64,000 nucleotides of DNA from Planctomycetota bacterium. GTDB lineage: Bacteria > Planctomycetota > B15-G4. The stretch spans positions 1,920,001 to 1,984,000 of the forward strand of contig CBDFJQ010000002.1 of the NCBI GenBank assembly GCA_965248575.1, written 5' to 3'. Below the pieces are notes generated by a model, which worked only from the letters and a program-made list of their open reading frames with translations, had not been told where the DNA came from and searched no databases. This document shows, one piece after another, positions 19,532 to 29,062 of the stretch. The position numbers and the translations under genes were made by a program. Positions within the stretch are counted from its first letter, which is position 1. Each line of letters starts with the position of its first letter.

Positions 19532-21958
19532 TCAGTCGCGAATGACCACCGACTCGACCGTGGAGAACAAGACCTGACCCGTGAGGCCCCCGGTGTCGTC
19601 CTGGACGCTCTGGAAGTGCACGGACACGTCGATCAGCGCGGGGCTGTGGGGAACCATCACCGTCACTTCATTGCCCAGCGGACGCAACTTGCCCGCCTGG
19701 AGAATGAAGAAGGGAGCGCCCAGATCCAGGACACCCCCGGCGAAGGGGGCCGCGCCGAGGTTCAGCGACCACAGGGTGACGAAGAACTCTCCCACGCTGC
19801 CGTAGGTCGTGAAGCTGACCTGGCTGCCACGGGTGGGGTTCAGCTCGCTGGCCTTGACGATGCCGAGCAGGCGCAAAGCCGCATCCCGCACCTGCACCTT
19901 GCCCGCACCAAAGAGGTTGTCCTTGCCGGGCGCGCCGAGATCCTTGGCGCTGCGTTGCAGTGCCTGAGCCACGTGACGGGGCGCGGCCAGGGGCTGCGCC
20001 GAGAGCAACAGCGCGAGGCTGCCACCCAGATGCGGTGTGGACGCGGACGTCCCGCCGAAGCTCGAGTTGTAGCCCACGCCATTCGTGGTGGTCACGACGT
20101 TGGTGAAGGTCACGACGTCCGGCTTGATCAAGCCCTGCCCTGAGCCACCGAAACCACCGACCGGGAAGTCGAAGAAGGCCGGGTCTTGAGCGTGCGGATA
20201 GTCCGGCGCATAGATCGTGATGTCCTCCCAGGCCACGGGGCCCGAGCCCGAGGGCACATAGTGGCTCTCGTCCACGATGATCCCACCGCAGGACATGACC
20301 CCACCAGCGCTGACACCTTGCTGCAACTGGACGGGGTGCAGCCAGGGCGCGGGCACGAGGCCCGGCGCGGAGATGTTGAAGGGGATCGGCGCCGCGGGGC
20401 TGCTGCCGTCGTTGCCGATGGAGTTGGCGTGGATGATGCCAGCCGCCAGCACCATCTCTTCGACGACACGGTGCATGTGGTAGTCGGGCTGGGGGTTGAA
20501 GTACCACTTGTACGAATGGCTCGAGGAGCTGCAATCGATGCCGACCGAGATGCCCCACTGCTGGGCAGCCCAGTGGTCCGTGGAACCGCCGATGCGTGCG
20601 ACGGCCATCTTCGCACCAGGCGCCATGCCGGTCTGGAAGATCCCCGACGCGCCGTCGCCCACCATGATGCCGCTCGTGTTTGTCCCGTGGGTCAGCGCGG
20701 TGCTCGGGTCGTTGTCGTCGTCGATGAAGTCCCAGCCCATGAAGTCGTCGATGAAGCCATTGTTGTCGTTGTCGACACCATCCACGGGATCGTTGGGGTT
20801 GGCCCAGACCCGGTTGGCGAGGTCCGGATGCGTGGTGTCCACGCCGTCGTCGATGTTCAGGATGCTGACACCCTGACCGTTGAAGCCCAGGGCCCAGAGG
20901 TCCGGCGCCTGGAGACCGACGAGATTCGGCTGCGGCCCGGGCACGGGCGGCGGCGCGAAGCCGTCGGCCAGCTGGACATCATCGAGCGAGATGCCATCGG
21001 TCTCCGGCGCGAAGTTGTCTGCCCAGCGCCAGCGCAGCATGAAGTTCGCGCCGTAGCTCAAGCCCAGGGGATCGAGGTCATGGGTGCGCGTGATGTACAG
21101 CCCGTCCTGCCCCGTGAGGTCAGCGACCTTGACCCAGTTCGCCCCACCATCGTCGGAGGCTTCGAGGATGTCGGCACCCGCGTTGAACTCGTCGAAGATG
21201 TCCTTGAAGCGGTAGCGCAGCGAAGCCGTCGTCACACCCGACAAGTCGACCGACAGGTTCAGCACGGCGGTGGACGCGCAGTTGTCGATAGTGGATGCGA
21301 TCACGACGTGGAAGCTGCCGGACGAGGGCCCGTAGAGGTTCGTGACGGACGCGTCGCCGCACCCCGTACTCGAAGTGCTCCAGACCCCAGACAGGGATCC
21401 CGTCTCGAAGTCATCCGAGAAGTAGGTGCTGAAGCCGCCGCCGTCGGACGTCCCCAGGTCATCCTGGTATTCGCTGGGCTCGCGCTGGGGGTCCCAGCTG
21501 ATGCTGCGCACATCCGGCCTGGCGGCCACATCCAGGATGGCTTCAGCCGAACCGTGGAAGACCACCGTGTTGTTGATCCACAAGGGGCGCACCCGCTGCA
21601 CGGCACCCGAGTTGCGCAAGCCCTCCAAGGCTGCCAGCACTCCCGCCTGACGCGACTGGGCATGGGCCTTCAGCCGACTGGCCACGAAGGCCTGGCGCTG
21701 CCCGCGCCCCAGGTTCTCCACCTGCCCGCGGAAGTCCGCACCACGCAGCTCATCGCCCAAGACGGCGTAGACCCGATACACCGCCGAAACATCAGCGGAC
21801 GCCATCGCCTCCAACAGTTCACTGGCGATCTTGCCCTGGCTGGATGCGCTCAACGAGGGGCTCAGCGCTTGGGCCATCAAAGCCTGCGAGAGCAGGCCCA
21901 GGGCGAGTGCGGGGAGACAACAGGAGCTGCGAGTCAAGACGCGCCGGGAGAGCCACAT
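19532..21958 (-). CDS. Secreted S8 (subtilisin-like) serine peptidase, multidomain
   Basis: Catalytic Asp (NIDDGVD), His (THGTNTSG) and Ser (GGTSASTPH), plus KPDVV. Signal peptide, prodomain and C-terminal beta domain. Start at 21958 or 22006. Confidence 0.92.
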   Translation of the reverse strand: MWLSRRVLTRSSCCLPALALGLLSQALMAQALSPSLSASSQGKIASELLEAMASADVSAVYRVYAVLGDELRGADFRGQVENLGRGQRQAFVASRLKAHAQSRQAGVLAALEGLRNSGAVQRVRPLWINNTVVFHGSAEAILDVAARPDVRSISWDPQREPSEYQDDLGTSDGGGFSTYFSDDFETGSLSGVWSTSSTGCGDASVTNLYGPSSGSFHVVIASTIDNCASTAVLNLSVDLSGVTTASLRYRFKDIFDEFNAGADILEASDDGGANWVKVADLTGQDGLYITRTHDLDPLGLSYGANFMLRWRWADNFAPETDGISLDDVQLADGFAPPPVPGPQPNLVGLQAPDLWALGFNGQGVSILNIDDGVDTTHPDLANRVWANPNDPVDGVDNDNNGFIDDFMGWDFIDDDNDPSTALTHGTNTSGIMVGDGASGIFQTGMAPGAKMAVARIGGSTDHWAAQQWGISVGIDCSSSSHSYKWYFNPQPDYHMHRVVEEMVLAAGIIHANSIGNDGSSPAAPIPFNISAPGLVPAPWLHPVQLQQGVSAGGVMSCGGIIVDESHYVPSGSGPVAWEDITIYAPDYPHAQDPAFFDFPVGGFGGSGQGLIKPDVVTFTNVVTTTNGVGYNSSFGGTSASTPHLGGSLALLLSAQPLAAPRHVAQALQRSAKDLGAPGKDNLFGAGKVQVRDAALRLLGIVKASELNPTRGSQVSFTTYGSVGEFFVTLWSLNLGAAPFAGGVLDLGAPFFILQAGKLRPLGNEVTVMVPHSPALIDVSVHFQSVQDDTGGLTGQVLFSTVESVVIRD

Positions 21959-22191
21959 GTGCGGAGTCCAGGAAGTGCTGGGAAGCTGAGAGAGAGGTGT
22001 ATCCAACGACCGTCAGACGACGGTCGCAACGGATGCGGGCATCCTCTGAATTCGGCACACCGTGAACCCCAGCTGAAGCTGGAGGCGCGGGAACAGGGGA
22101 CCGCAAGCAGAGGACCTCAAAGATAGCCGGGGATCGGGTGCTTGTGGGGCCGAATCGGGCCGGGCCGAGATCGGGTGGGCTTGAGCCCGCC

Positions 22192-23376
22192 TCAGGCGAG
22201 AACGCTCGCGGCCAGGAACCCCAGGTAGGTCCCCGCAGCCGTCCCCAGCGAGCCCACCAGGATGGCCGGCAGCACGAGGTCCGAACGACGCAGACTGCGC
22301 GCCATGGCCAGTGCCGTCGTTCCCCCGCCTACGTTCGCAACGCTCGCCACGGCAGCCATCTCCACGTCTGCGCCCAACAGGAGGGCGCCTCCAAAGCACA
22401 CCAGGCCGTGCACGCAGAGAATCACCACCACGAACAGCAGCATCGTGGGACCCAAGGCGCCCATGGCCTCGAAGGCGGCGAGGTCGCAGTACGCACCGAT
22501 CACAGCCAAGAACAACAGCACTCCGAACATGCCCATCAGGCGCGGGCCTCGCAGGCGTGCGATGGCCGGAACCTGTGCCAGGATCAACGCCACCGTGGTG
22601 AGCACCAGGACCGACGGCAGCTCGCGCCCGAACCACTCGCCCGACCATTCGGAGACGGCGCGCGAAAGCACCAACGCCCCGGCGCCGAGTCCGAGCACGA
22701 GACCCAGCTCGAGCGGAGATGCCCGTTCCTCGTCGTGCGTTTCCTTGCCCTCCCCGGGCAGGGCCGCGCCGGCCTGAGCTGCAAGCCCTTCCGCTCCCCC
22801 GCGCCGCGCCCGGACGGGCATCCAGCGCGAGAGTACGCGCGGCACGATCAGGGCCACGATCATCCAAACCGACGTCAGGATGCTGTCAACAGCCACGGCA
22901 CCTGTGTAGAGCGCACCCTCCTGAGTGACACCGTAGTGCGTTCCGATCAAGTTGAAGTTGAGGCTCCCGCCGACGTAGGTGCCCACGAACATTCCGCCCA
23001 AGGCGTGCTGCAACTCGCCGAAGGCCTGCGGGCCGTCAACAACGGACATGCCTACCATCACACCGGCGAATGTCCCCAACGCGCCCAAGCCAAACAGACC
23101 GATCATGGGCAGCCCGGCTTGGCGCACGTCGGCCAGACGCACTCCGAGCAGCAGCAGGAAGATGGAGAGCGGAGCGACGTCCGCAAAGATGCTCTCGTAA
23201 AGAGGTTGCGGGTCGGTCCCGGTGGGAATCAGGCCCAGGTTGGCCCAGACCGCCGTGAGCAGGATCACCAGCAAGGCCGCACCAAAGTGGCGCAAGGGCG
23301 TGTGACGACTGAGCCACTCGGACAAGCTGACCGTCACGCCAAGCACCGCAAGAATCGCGAGGGGCTCGTCGAACAT
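22192..23376 (-). CDS. DUF819-like multi-pass membrane protein (putative transporter)
   Basis: About 10-12 TM helices with motifs GTYVGGSLNF and ASVANVGGGTTA. Confidence 0.85.
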   Translation of the reverse strand: MFDEPLAILAVLGVTVSLSEWLSRHTPLRHFGAALLVILLTAVWANLGLIPTGTDPQPLYESIFADVAPLSIFLLLLGVRLADVRQAGLPMIGLFGLGALGTFAGVMVGMSVVDGPQAFGELQHALGGMFVGTYVGGSLNFNLIGTHYGVTQEGALYTGAVAVDSILTSVWMIVALIVPRVLSRWMPVRARRGGAEGLAAQAGAALPGEGKETHDEERASPLELGLVLGLGAGALVLSRAVSEWSGEWFGRELPSVLVLTTVALILAQVPAIARLRGPRLMGMFGVLLFLAVIGAYCDLAAFEAMGALGPTMLLFVVVILCVHGLVCFGGALLLGADVEMAAVASVANVGGGTTALAMARSLRRSDLVLPAILVGSLGTAAGTYLGFLAASVLA

Positions 23377-23534
23377 CGGCTGATGACACCACCGGGAAGC
23401 CCCCGCCGCAAGCGGAGACCGTCAGCCCGGGTCGCGTTCAGGGGAACCTCACGTTGATCCTTCGGGACCCGATCACCATGCTTGGCTGCCCCTCACCTCC
23501 GCTCCCGCCCCCAGCAGACTCCTGAGCCGCTTGC

Positions 23535-24965
23535 ATGGATCGCAGCACGGCCATCCTCGTCACCTTGGTGACGTACAAGCTGGTGTTGCTCTCGTTGGGG
23601 GTCTGGGGCGCACGCCGCACCAGCAGCACGGCCGACTACTTCCTCGGCGGCCGATCGCTGGGACCCTGGGTGGCGGCGATCAGCGCGTCGGCCAGCGGTG
23701 CCTCAGCCTGGACCATCATGGGTGTCAGTGGGGCCGCCTGGTCCAGCGGCCTGTCTGCTCTGTGGATCTTCCCTGCCTGTGTTGGCGGCATCGCCTTCAA
23801 CTGGTTCGTGCTCGCCCCGGGGCTGCGCCGTCTCTCAGCGGAACGGAACGCGCTCACGGTGACGGAACTCCTGGCGGGCCCTCGAGGTGCCCCCCTGAGC
23901 GGAGCCATCCGCAGCGTGGCGTCCCTGATCGTCCTGGTCTCCTTGGGATTCTACGTGTGCTCGCAGTTCCAGGGTGCAGGGAAGACCTTCAGCGCCACCT
24001 TCGACATCAGCCGCACCGAAAGCGTCTTGATCGGCGCAGGGGTCGTGGTCCTCTACACCCTCATCGGTGGGTTCTGGGCCGTGAGTCTGACGGACACCTT
24101 GCAAGGGCTGCTCATGGCAGCGACAGCCGTGATCCTGCCCGTGGCCGCCTTGATCGAGGTGGGAGGTTTCGGAGCGCTCTTCGACGGCATGGCCCAGGTC
24201 GACAAGGAAGGCTTCCTCAGCCTGACCAAGAACATGCCGCTCTGGTCGGGGGTCGGATTCGTGGCGGGAACGCTCGGCATCGGCCTGGGGTTCCCCGGCC
24301 AGCCTCATGTGGTCTGCCGCCTGATGGCCTTGCGACCTGGCGACCGTTCCCTGCGTCAGGCCAGACTCATTGCCGTGAGCTGGGGTGCCGTGGTGTTCAC
24401 GGGCATGTTGCTGCTCGGTTGGTGCGGCCGACTCTTGTTGCCCGCACTCGCCGACGGCGAACAGGTCTTCGTCGAGGCAACCAACAGCTTGTTCTCGCCC
24501 ATGGTGGCCGGGGTCATGATCGCGGCCGTGTTGAGCGCCATCATGTCGACCGCAGACAGCCAGCTGCTGGTGGCAGGCTCTGCCGTGACCCACGACATGG
24601 GGCTGGGCGGCAGCAATCAACGCACGGTACTGCTGCGTTCGCGGCTCGTGGTGCTGGGCCTGAGTGGCTTCGCCGTGGCAGCCGCCGCCCTGAGCGACGA
24701 GTCCATCTTCAACCAGGTGCTGTTCGCCTGGGGTGCGATGGGAGCCGCCTTCGGCCCGTTGCTGGTCGTCACGGTCTTGCGTGGGCCCGTCAGCCCGGGC
24801 CGCAGTCTGAGCGCCATGCTCGTGGGCTGCAGCGCGAGCGTCGTGGCCTACTACACCGTCAGCGAACCCTCGGCCAAGGCCCTGGAGCGGGTGCTGCCCT
24901 ACGCCCTCGCCTTCGCCATCGCGCTCTGGCCGGCGCGCCGGTCCAGTGCATCAGCGTCAAGCTGA
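23535..24965 (+). CDS. putP: Sodium/proline (SSS family) symporter
   Basis: DYFLGGRSLGPWVAAISA, GGFWAVSLTDTLQG, GFPGQPH, SAIMSTADSQLL. Confidence 0.88.
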   Translation: MDRSTAILVTLVTYKLVLLSLGVWGARRTSSTADYFLGGRSLGPWVAAISASASGASAWTIMGVSGAAWSSGLSALWIFPACVGGIAFNWFVLAPGLRRLSAERNALTVTELLAGPRGAPLSGAIRSVASLIVLVSLGFYVCSQFQGAGKTFSATFDISRTESVLIGAGVVVLYTLIGGFWAVSLTDTLQGLLMAATAVILPVAALIEVGGFGALFDGMAQVDKEGFLSLTKNMPLWSGVGFVAGTLGIGLGFPGQPHVVCRLMALRPGDRSLRQARLIAVSWGAVVFTGMLLLGWCGRLLLPALADGEQVFVEATNSLFSPMVAGVMIAAVLSAIMSTADSQLLVAGSAVTHDMGLGGSNQRTVLLRSRLVVLGLSGFAVAAAALSDESIFNQVLFAWGAMGAAFGPLLVVTVLRGPVSPGRSLSAMLVGCSASVVAYYTVSEPSAKALERVLPYALAFAIALWPARRSSASASS

Positions 24966-24978
24966 GCTCGACCTGAAC

Positions 24979-25530
24979 CTAGAACAGGTGGATCAGGACG
25001 TCGTCGCCCTGGGCTTCCGTGTGTGAAGGCGTCGTGTCGATCGTGCCGTCCGGTCCAGCGCTCAAGACCTTGATGCGCTGAGTGCCCGCCTGCAGTCCAT
25101 CGATGTTGGCCAGGTAGGCGTTGCCCCACGGATCGGGCATGAGGATCTGGATGTAGCGACCCTTGTCCACGTTGTTGAGCAGATCGAGGGGCGTGGCGCC
25201 TTCGTCGTCGGCGAAGGGCGCCGCCGCAGGAAGATCACCGGGCCCATAGAGCCAGGACACGCGCTGCAGATCCTGCTCCTGCAACTGGCCCTCGGCGGAG
25301 AACTGGCGCAAGCCAACGGCGATGGTCTGCATGTCGAGGTAGACCCGCTCTGCACGGGCCGCAGAACCAACGTTGCCAGCGCCCGTACCGATCACGCCAG
25401 CTTGGCCGATCAGCAGGCCCAGGACCGCCGCGAACGCCAGGCGCGGTATCTGCCGGCTCTTGGGCTCCTTGCGGTACTTGGCCGGCTCGTAGGGGTTCGA
25501 GACCGACGTCGGCAACGTGCTGTTCTTCAT
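24979..25530 (-). CDS. GspG-like pseudopilin domain protein lacking a canonical prepilin cleavage motif
   Basis: C-terminal GRYI..MPDPWGNAY...SAGPDG...DD typical of GspG heads. One hydrophobic segment and no G|FTLxE motif. Likely start at ATG 25530. Confidence 0.7.
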   Translation of the reverse strand: MKNSTLPTSVSNPYEPAKYRKEPKSRQIPRLAFAAVLGLLIGQAGVIGTGAGNVGSAARAERVYLDMQTIAVGLRQFSAEGQLQEQDLQRVSWLYGPGDLPAAAPFADDEGATPLDLLNNVDKGRYIQILMPDPWGNAYLANIDGLQAGTQRIKVLSAGPDGTIDTTPSHTEAQGDDVLIHLF

Positions 25531-25920
25531 GGCTGGACTTCCTAAGGACCCGGATTCGCACTCCCTTGTTCGGGCAGGTCGGCCCTCCGCATTGAGGGAA
25601 ATCTGTGGTCCCGGCTCAGGATTCAGCAGTTTTTCACCCTGGCAGCACAAGTCCACGAAGCCGGGCTCCAGCAGGCCAAGAATCCGCGCCCAAGCACCAC
25701 TTTCGCGCCCCCATACCCTGCTCTCAGAACGAAGGCAAATCCCCGCTTTGCAGGCCGTGGACGCCCTTGCCCGGCCCAGGGAGCGGGATAGTGTTCGGAC
25801 ACTCCAGCACCTGCCCGTGCCCTTTTCCCACACCTTCTCGGTCCGCCAATGCTCAACGTCCGCACGCTCGTTCCATCGCAGCCGTCCCGTGCTGCCCGTG
25901 CGTCCGCTGACCGGGAAACC

Positions 25921-26490
25921 ATGGTCTCCCAGCATGCTCCCCGCTGTCCTGGCTACACCCTGGTCGAACTGCTCATCGTTCTGGTCATCCTGGGCATTCT
26001 GGCCGCGGTCGTCATGCCCAAGATGGGTGACTTCCGGGATGGTGCGCAGGACGTGAAACTGTCTGGCGACCTGAGCACGATTCGCGAGGCCATCGAACAC
26101 TACAAGCTGACCCACGGCGGCCTCGCCCCCCATCTGGATCCTGTCGCCCAGCTGACCAGCATCACCGACCCGAAGGGAACGCTGAAAAACGTTCCTGCGG
26201 ACGCGCCCGGCAAAGCTGGCAGGACCCGTGTCCCAGGGGGAGGGCTCTCGACGACGTCGCCCAACGACACCAGCAGCACCACCCCTTTTGTCGGCCCCGA
26301 GCTGGGCCCGTTCTTGCGCCCGCCCTTCCCCGCCAACCCGGTCAGCAAGCTGAAGAGCGTCCGCATCGTCGACAGCATGCCGCCCTTCGCCGACGGCCAG
26401 ACCGGCTGGATCTACGCGCGCACCACGGGTGTGCTCAAGGCGAACAGCTCCGGCACCGCTTCCGACGGCCGGCGCTACTTCGACCTCTGA
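25921..26490 (+). CDS. Prepilin-type N-terminal cleavage/methylation protein (type IV pilin/pseudopilin)
   Basis: G|YTLVELLIVLVILGILAAVVMP with Glu at +5, followed by DLSTIREAIEHY, GPFL..FPANP and GWIY. Confidence 0.92.
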   Translation: MVSQHAPRCPGYTLVELLIVLVILGILAAVVMPKMGDFRDGAQDVKLSGDLSTIREAIEHYKLTHGGLAPHLDPVAQLTSITDPKGTLKNVPADAPGKAGRTRVPGGGLSTTSPNDTSSTTPFVGPELGPFLRPPFPANPVSKLKSVRIVDSMPPFADGQTGWIYARTTGVLKANSSGTASDGRRYFDL

Positions 26491-26511
26491 CCACGCACGG
26501 GCACCGCCTGC

Positions 26512-27105
26512 CTAACGCAACGGCACCCCGCCCGCGCTCAGCACCTTCAGGATCATCTGGTGCGTCATGCCCCAGACCAGGCGCTCGCCGTAGCGCCACG
26601 CGGGAAGTTGCCGGATCACTCCTGAACGCGCGTGGCGATGCTCCGTGTCCAGGCGGCCACTGAGCACCTCTTCGAGGGGGAGCCAGAAACACTCCTGGGC
26701 CTCGACTCCTGGTACGGGCTCCGCCGGCTGCTCCAACCGGAAGACGAAGGGCGTGATGTCCATCCTGGGGATGGTGCCGCCCGCGACGGCCTGGAATGGC
26801 TCCAGCTGGCACAACAGTCGCGCCGAGCGGTCGAGGTCCAGACCGACCTCTTCGCGGGTCTCGCGCAGAGCCGTCTCCAACAAGCTGGTGTCCTTCGGAT
26901 CCACCCGACCGCCGGGCATGGAGATATGCCCGGACCAGGGGTCACCCGGGTATTCGATCCGACGCATAAGAAGCAACTCACGCGCCTCCTCTGGACCACG
27001 CAGAACCGCAGCCACGGCGGCCCGCCGCTGGGGCGGCTGCTGCACCTCGGGCGCCCGATGAAGCGCGAGGCGATCTTCGAAATCAGGGGGTAGGGCCGGG
27101 GTCAT
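26512..27105 (-). CDS. Nudix hydrolase, CoA pyrophosphatase-like
   Basis: WSGHISMPGG..D......TALRETREEVG Nudix box and VWGMT. Likely start at ATG 27105. Confidence 0.9.
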   Translation of the reverse strand: MTPALPPDFEDRLALHRAPEVQQPPQRRAAVAAVLRGPEEARELLLMRRIEYPGDPWSGHISMPGGRVDPKDTSLLETALRETREEVGLDLDRSARLLCQLEPFQAVAGGTIPRMDITPFVFRLEQPAEPVPGVEAQECFWLPLEEVLSGRLDTEHRHARSGVIRQLPAWRYGERLVWGMTHQMILKVLSAGGVPLR

Positions 27106-27295
27106 GGGGAGCGAACAGAACGCGTGGAATGAGGCGGCTTTCAAACGGGACGGTCGACCCAGAGCGTAGCAGTCCTCACCAAGAGCCTGGCAGGGTGGAG
27201 GGCGGGCGGCCCCATTCCGTCCCGCTCCTGGTCGCTTGCTATTCTCCTCGCCTTGCTCACGCCCGTCGGCCCTGCACTCCGCACCGAGCCCCTTC

Positions 27296-28243
27296 ATGCT
27301 CAGCACTTTCGCCCTGCTCGCCCCTGCCACCCAGGCCGTCACTCAGGCTGTAGACCAACCAGGCCCCTGGGAGCTACTGCTCGGGCGCTCGCACATCCTT
27401 GCGCTGCACTTCCCCCTCGCCTTGCTGCTGGTGGCGGCCTTCCTGGAGTTCGTCTCCCGCAAGCGCGAGCAACCCGGGCCAAACCCACACGCCTTCACAT
27501 GCCTTTGGCTCGGCGCCCTGTCCGCTCTCGTGGCCGCCGGCACGGGCTGGGTCTTCGCCGAAGTGGAGCCCCTCTCCCAGAGCCAGGACGAGCACCTCTT
27601 CCAGCATCGCTGGGCGGGCGTGCTCACGGCAGTGCTCGCCCTCAGCGCGACGATCGTGGGTGCCCTCTCCCGCAAGCGCCCCTCCCTGCGCAAGAGCTTC
27701 CGCATCCTGTTGGGCGTCGCTGCACTCGGCGTCGCCGCCACGGGTCACTTCGGCGGTGAGATGGTGCACGGCGAAAACTTCCTGTTCGATGGGTTCACAT
27801 CCACAGGAAGCGGCAGCACGTCTGCACGCCCGAGTTCCAACTCCTCTGCGTCCCCCACGGCGAGTTCGCTGGAGTCTTCCGCGACAGCTGGGGAATCCAC
27901 CGCGGGTGGAGCTGCACTGGACGCCCTGGCGACAGGCGCGGACAAAGACCAAAGCGTGTCCTTCGAGCACGACGTCGAGCCCATCTTCGCTGCACACTGC
28001 TACGTCTGCCACGGGGACGCCAAGGGCAAGGGACGCTTGCGCTTGCACGACCTCGAAGCCCTGTTCGCCGACGGAGCCGGGGACTGGCTGATCGTGCCGG
28101 GGGACCCCGACGCAAGCGAGCTGATCACCCGCGTGCGCCTGCCGCCAGGCGACCTGGACATCATGCCGGAGGAGGGAGACCCCCTCTCGCCCGAACAGAT
28201 CGACAGCCTGGTGCGCTGGGTGGAACAGGGCGCTACCTATTAG
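27296..28243 (+). CDS. DUF2231-like membrane domain fused to planctomycete-type cytochrome c
   Basis: HILALHFPLALL, HRWAG and GHFGGEMVHG in the TM domain; then VSFEHDVEPIFAAHCYVCHG...IVPGDPDASEL...MP...WVEQGA. Confidence 0.87.
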   Translation: MLSTFALLAPATQAVTQAVDQPGPWELLLGRSHILALHFPLALLLVAAFLEFVSRKREQPGPNPHAFTCLWLGALSALVAAGTGWVFAEVEPLSQSQDEHLFQHRWAGVLTAVLALSATIVGALSRKRPSLRKSFRILLGVAALGVAATGHFGGEMVHGENFLFDGFTSTGSGSTSARPSSNSSASPTASSLESSATAGESTAGGAALDALATGADKDQSVSFEHDVEPIFAAHCYVCHGDAKGKGRLRLHDLEALFADGAGDWLIVPGDPDASELITRVRLPPGDLDIMPEEGDPLSPEQIDSLVRWVEQGATY

Positions 28244-28318
28244 AGCCGTCGGGGGCCGCTGGAATGCCCGCTTCGGTAGACTGCGCGATTCCCTCGCCCC
28301 CCTGGCTCTGCCCCTTTC

Positions 28319-29062
28319 GTGACCACGCGTGAATCTCCATCGGCACACGCTCGCCCCTGCGTCGAGTTCGCCGACCTCTCCCGGCACTACACGCTCGGCA
28401 CGGAAACCGTCCACGCCCTCGACCATGTGGACCTGTTCATCGGCCACGGCGAGCACGTCGCCATCGTCGGTCCTTCGGGCAGCGGCAAGTCCACGATGCT
28501 CCAGATCCTGGGCTGTCTGGATGCACCCACCCACGGCGAGTACCGCCTGGACGGCACGGCCGTCGGGCGCCTGTCCGAGTCGGCCTTGGCCGAGGTACGC
28601 AACGTCAAGATCGGCTTCGTCTTCCAGCAGTTCCATCTGTTGAAGCGCGCCAGCGCGCGCCGCAACGTCGAGCTGCCCCTGGTCTACGCGGGGCGCCCCG
28701 CCAAGGAGCGGCGCGAACGGGCCGATGCAGCCCTGGCCTCCGTCGGCTTGGGTGACCAACGGAATCGCCGGCCCGACCAGCTCTCAGGCGGGCAGCGACA
28801 GCGGGTCGCCATCGCCCGTGCCCTGGTGAGCAACCCTTCCATGCTTTTGGCTGATGAGCCCACCGGCAATCTCGACAGCAAGACCGGGGCCGAGATCCTC
28901 GACCTCTTTGACGCGCTTCGCAGCCCGGAGCGCACCCTGGTGATGGTGACCCACGATGCAGCACTGGCGGCTCGGACAGGGCGCATCATCGCCCTGCGCG
29001 ACGGGCGTCTCGAATACGACGGCATCCCTGCCGGATACACGACGGAGGCAGCATTCTCGTGA
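28319..29062 (+). CDS. ABC transporter ATP-binding subunit (MacB/LolD type)
   Basis: GPSGSGKST, IGFVFQQF, LSGGQRQRVAIARAL, LADEPTGNLD. Confidence 0.96.
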   Translation: MTTRESPSAHARPCVEFADLSRHYTLGTETVHALDHVDLFIGHGEHVAIVGPSGSGKSTMLQILGCLDAPTHGEYRLDGTAVGRLSESALAEVRNVKIGFVFQQFHLLKRASARRNVELPLVYAGRPAKERRERADAALASVGLGDQRNRRPDQLSGGQRQRVAIARALVSNPSMLLADEPTGNLDSKTGAEILDLFDALRSPERTLVMVTHDAALAARTGRIIALRDGRLEYDGIPAGYTTEAAFS

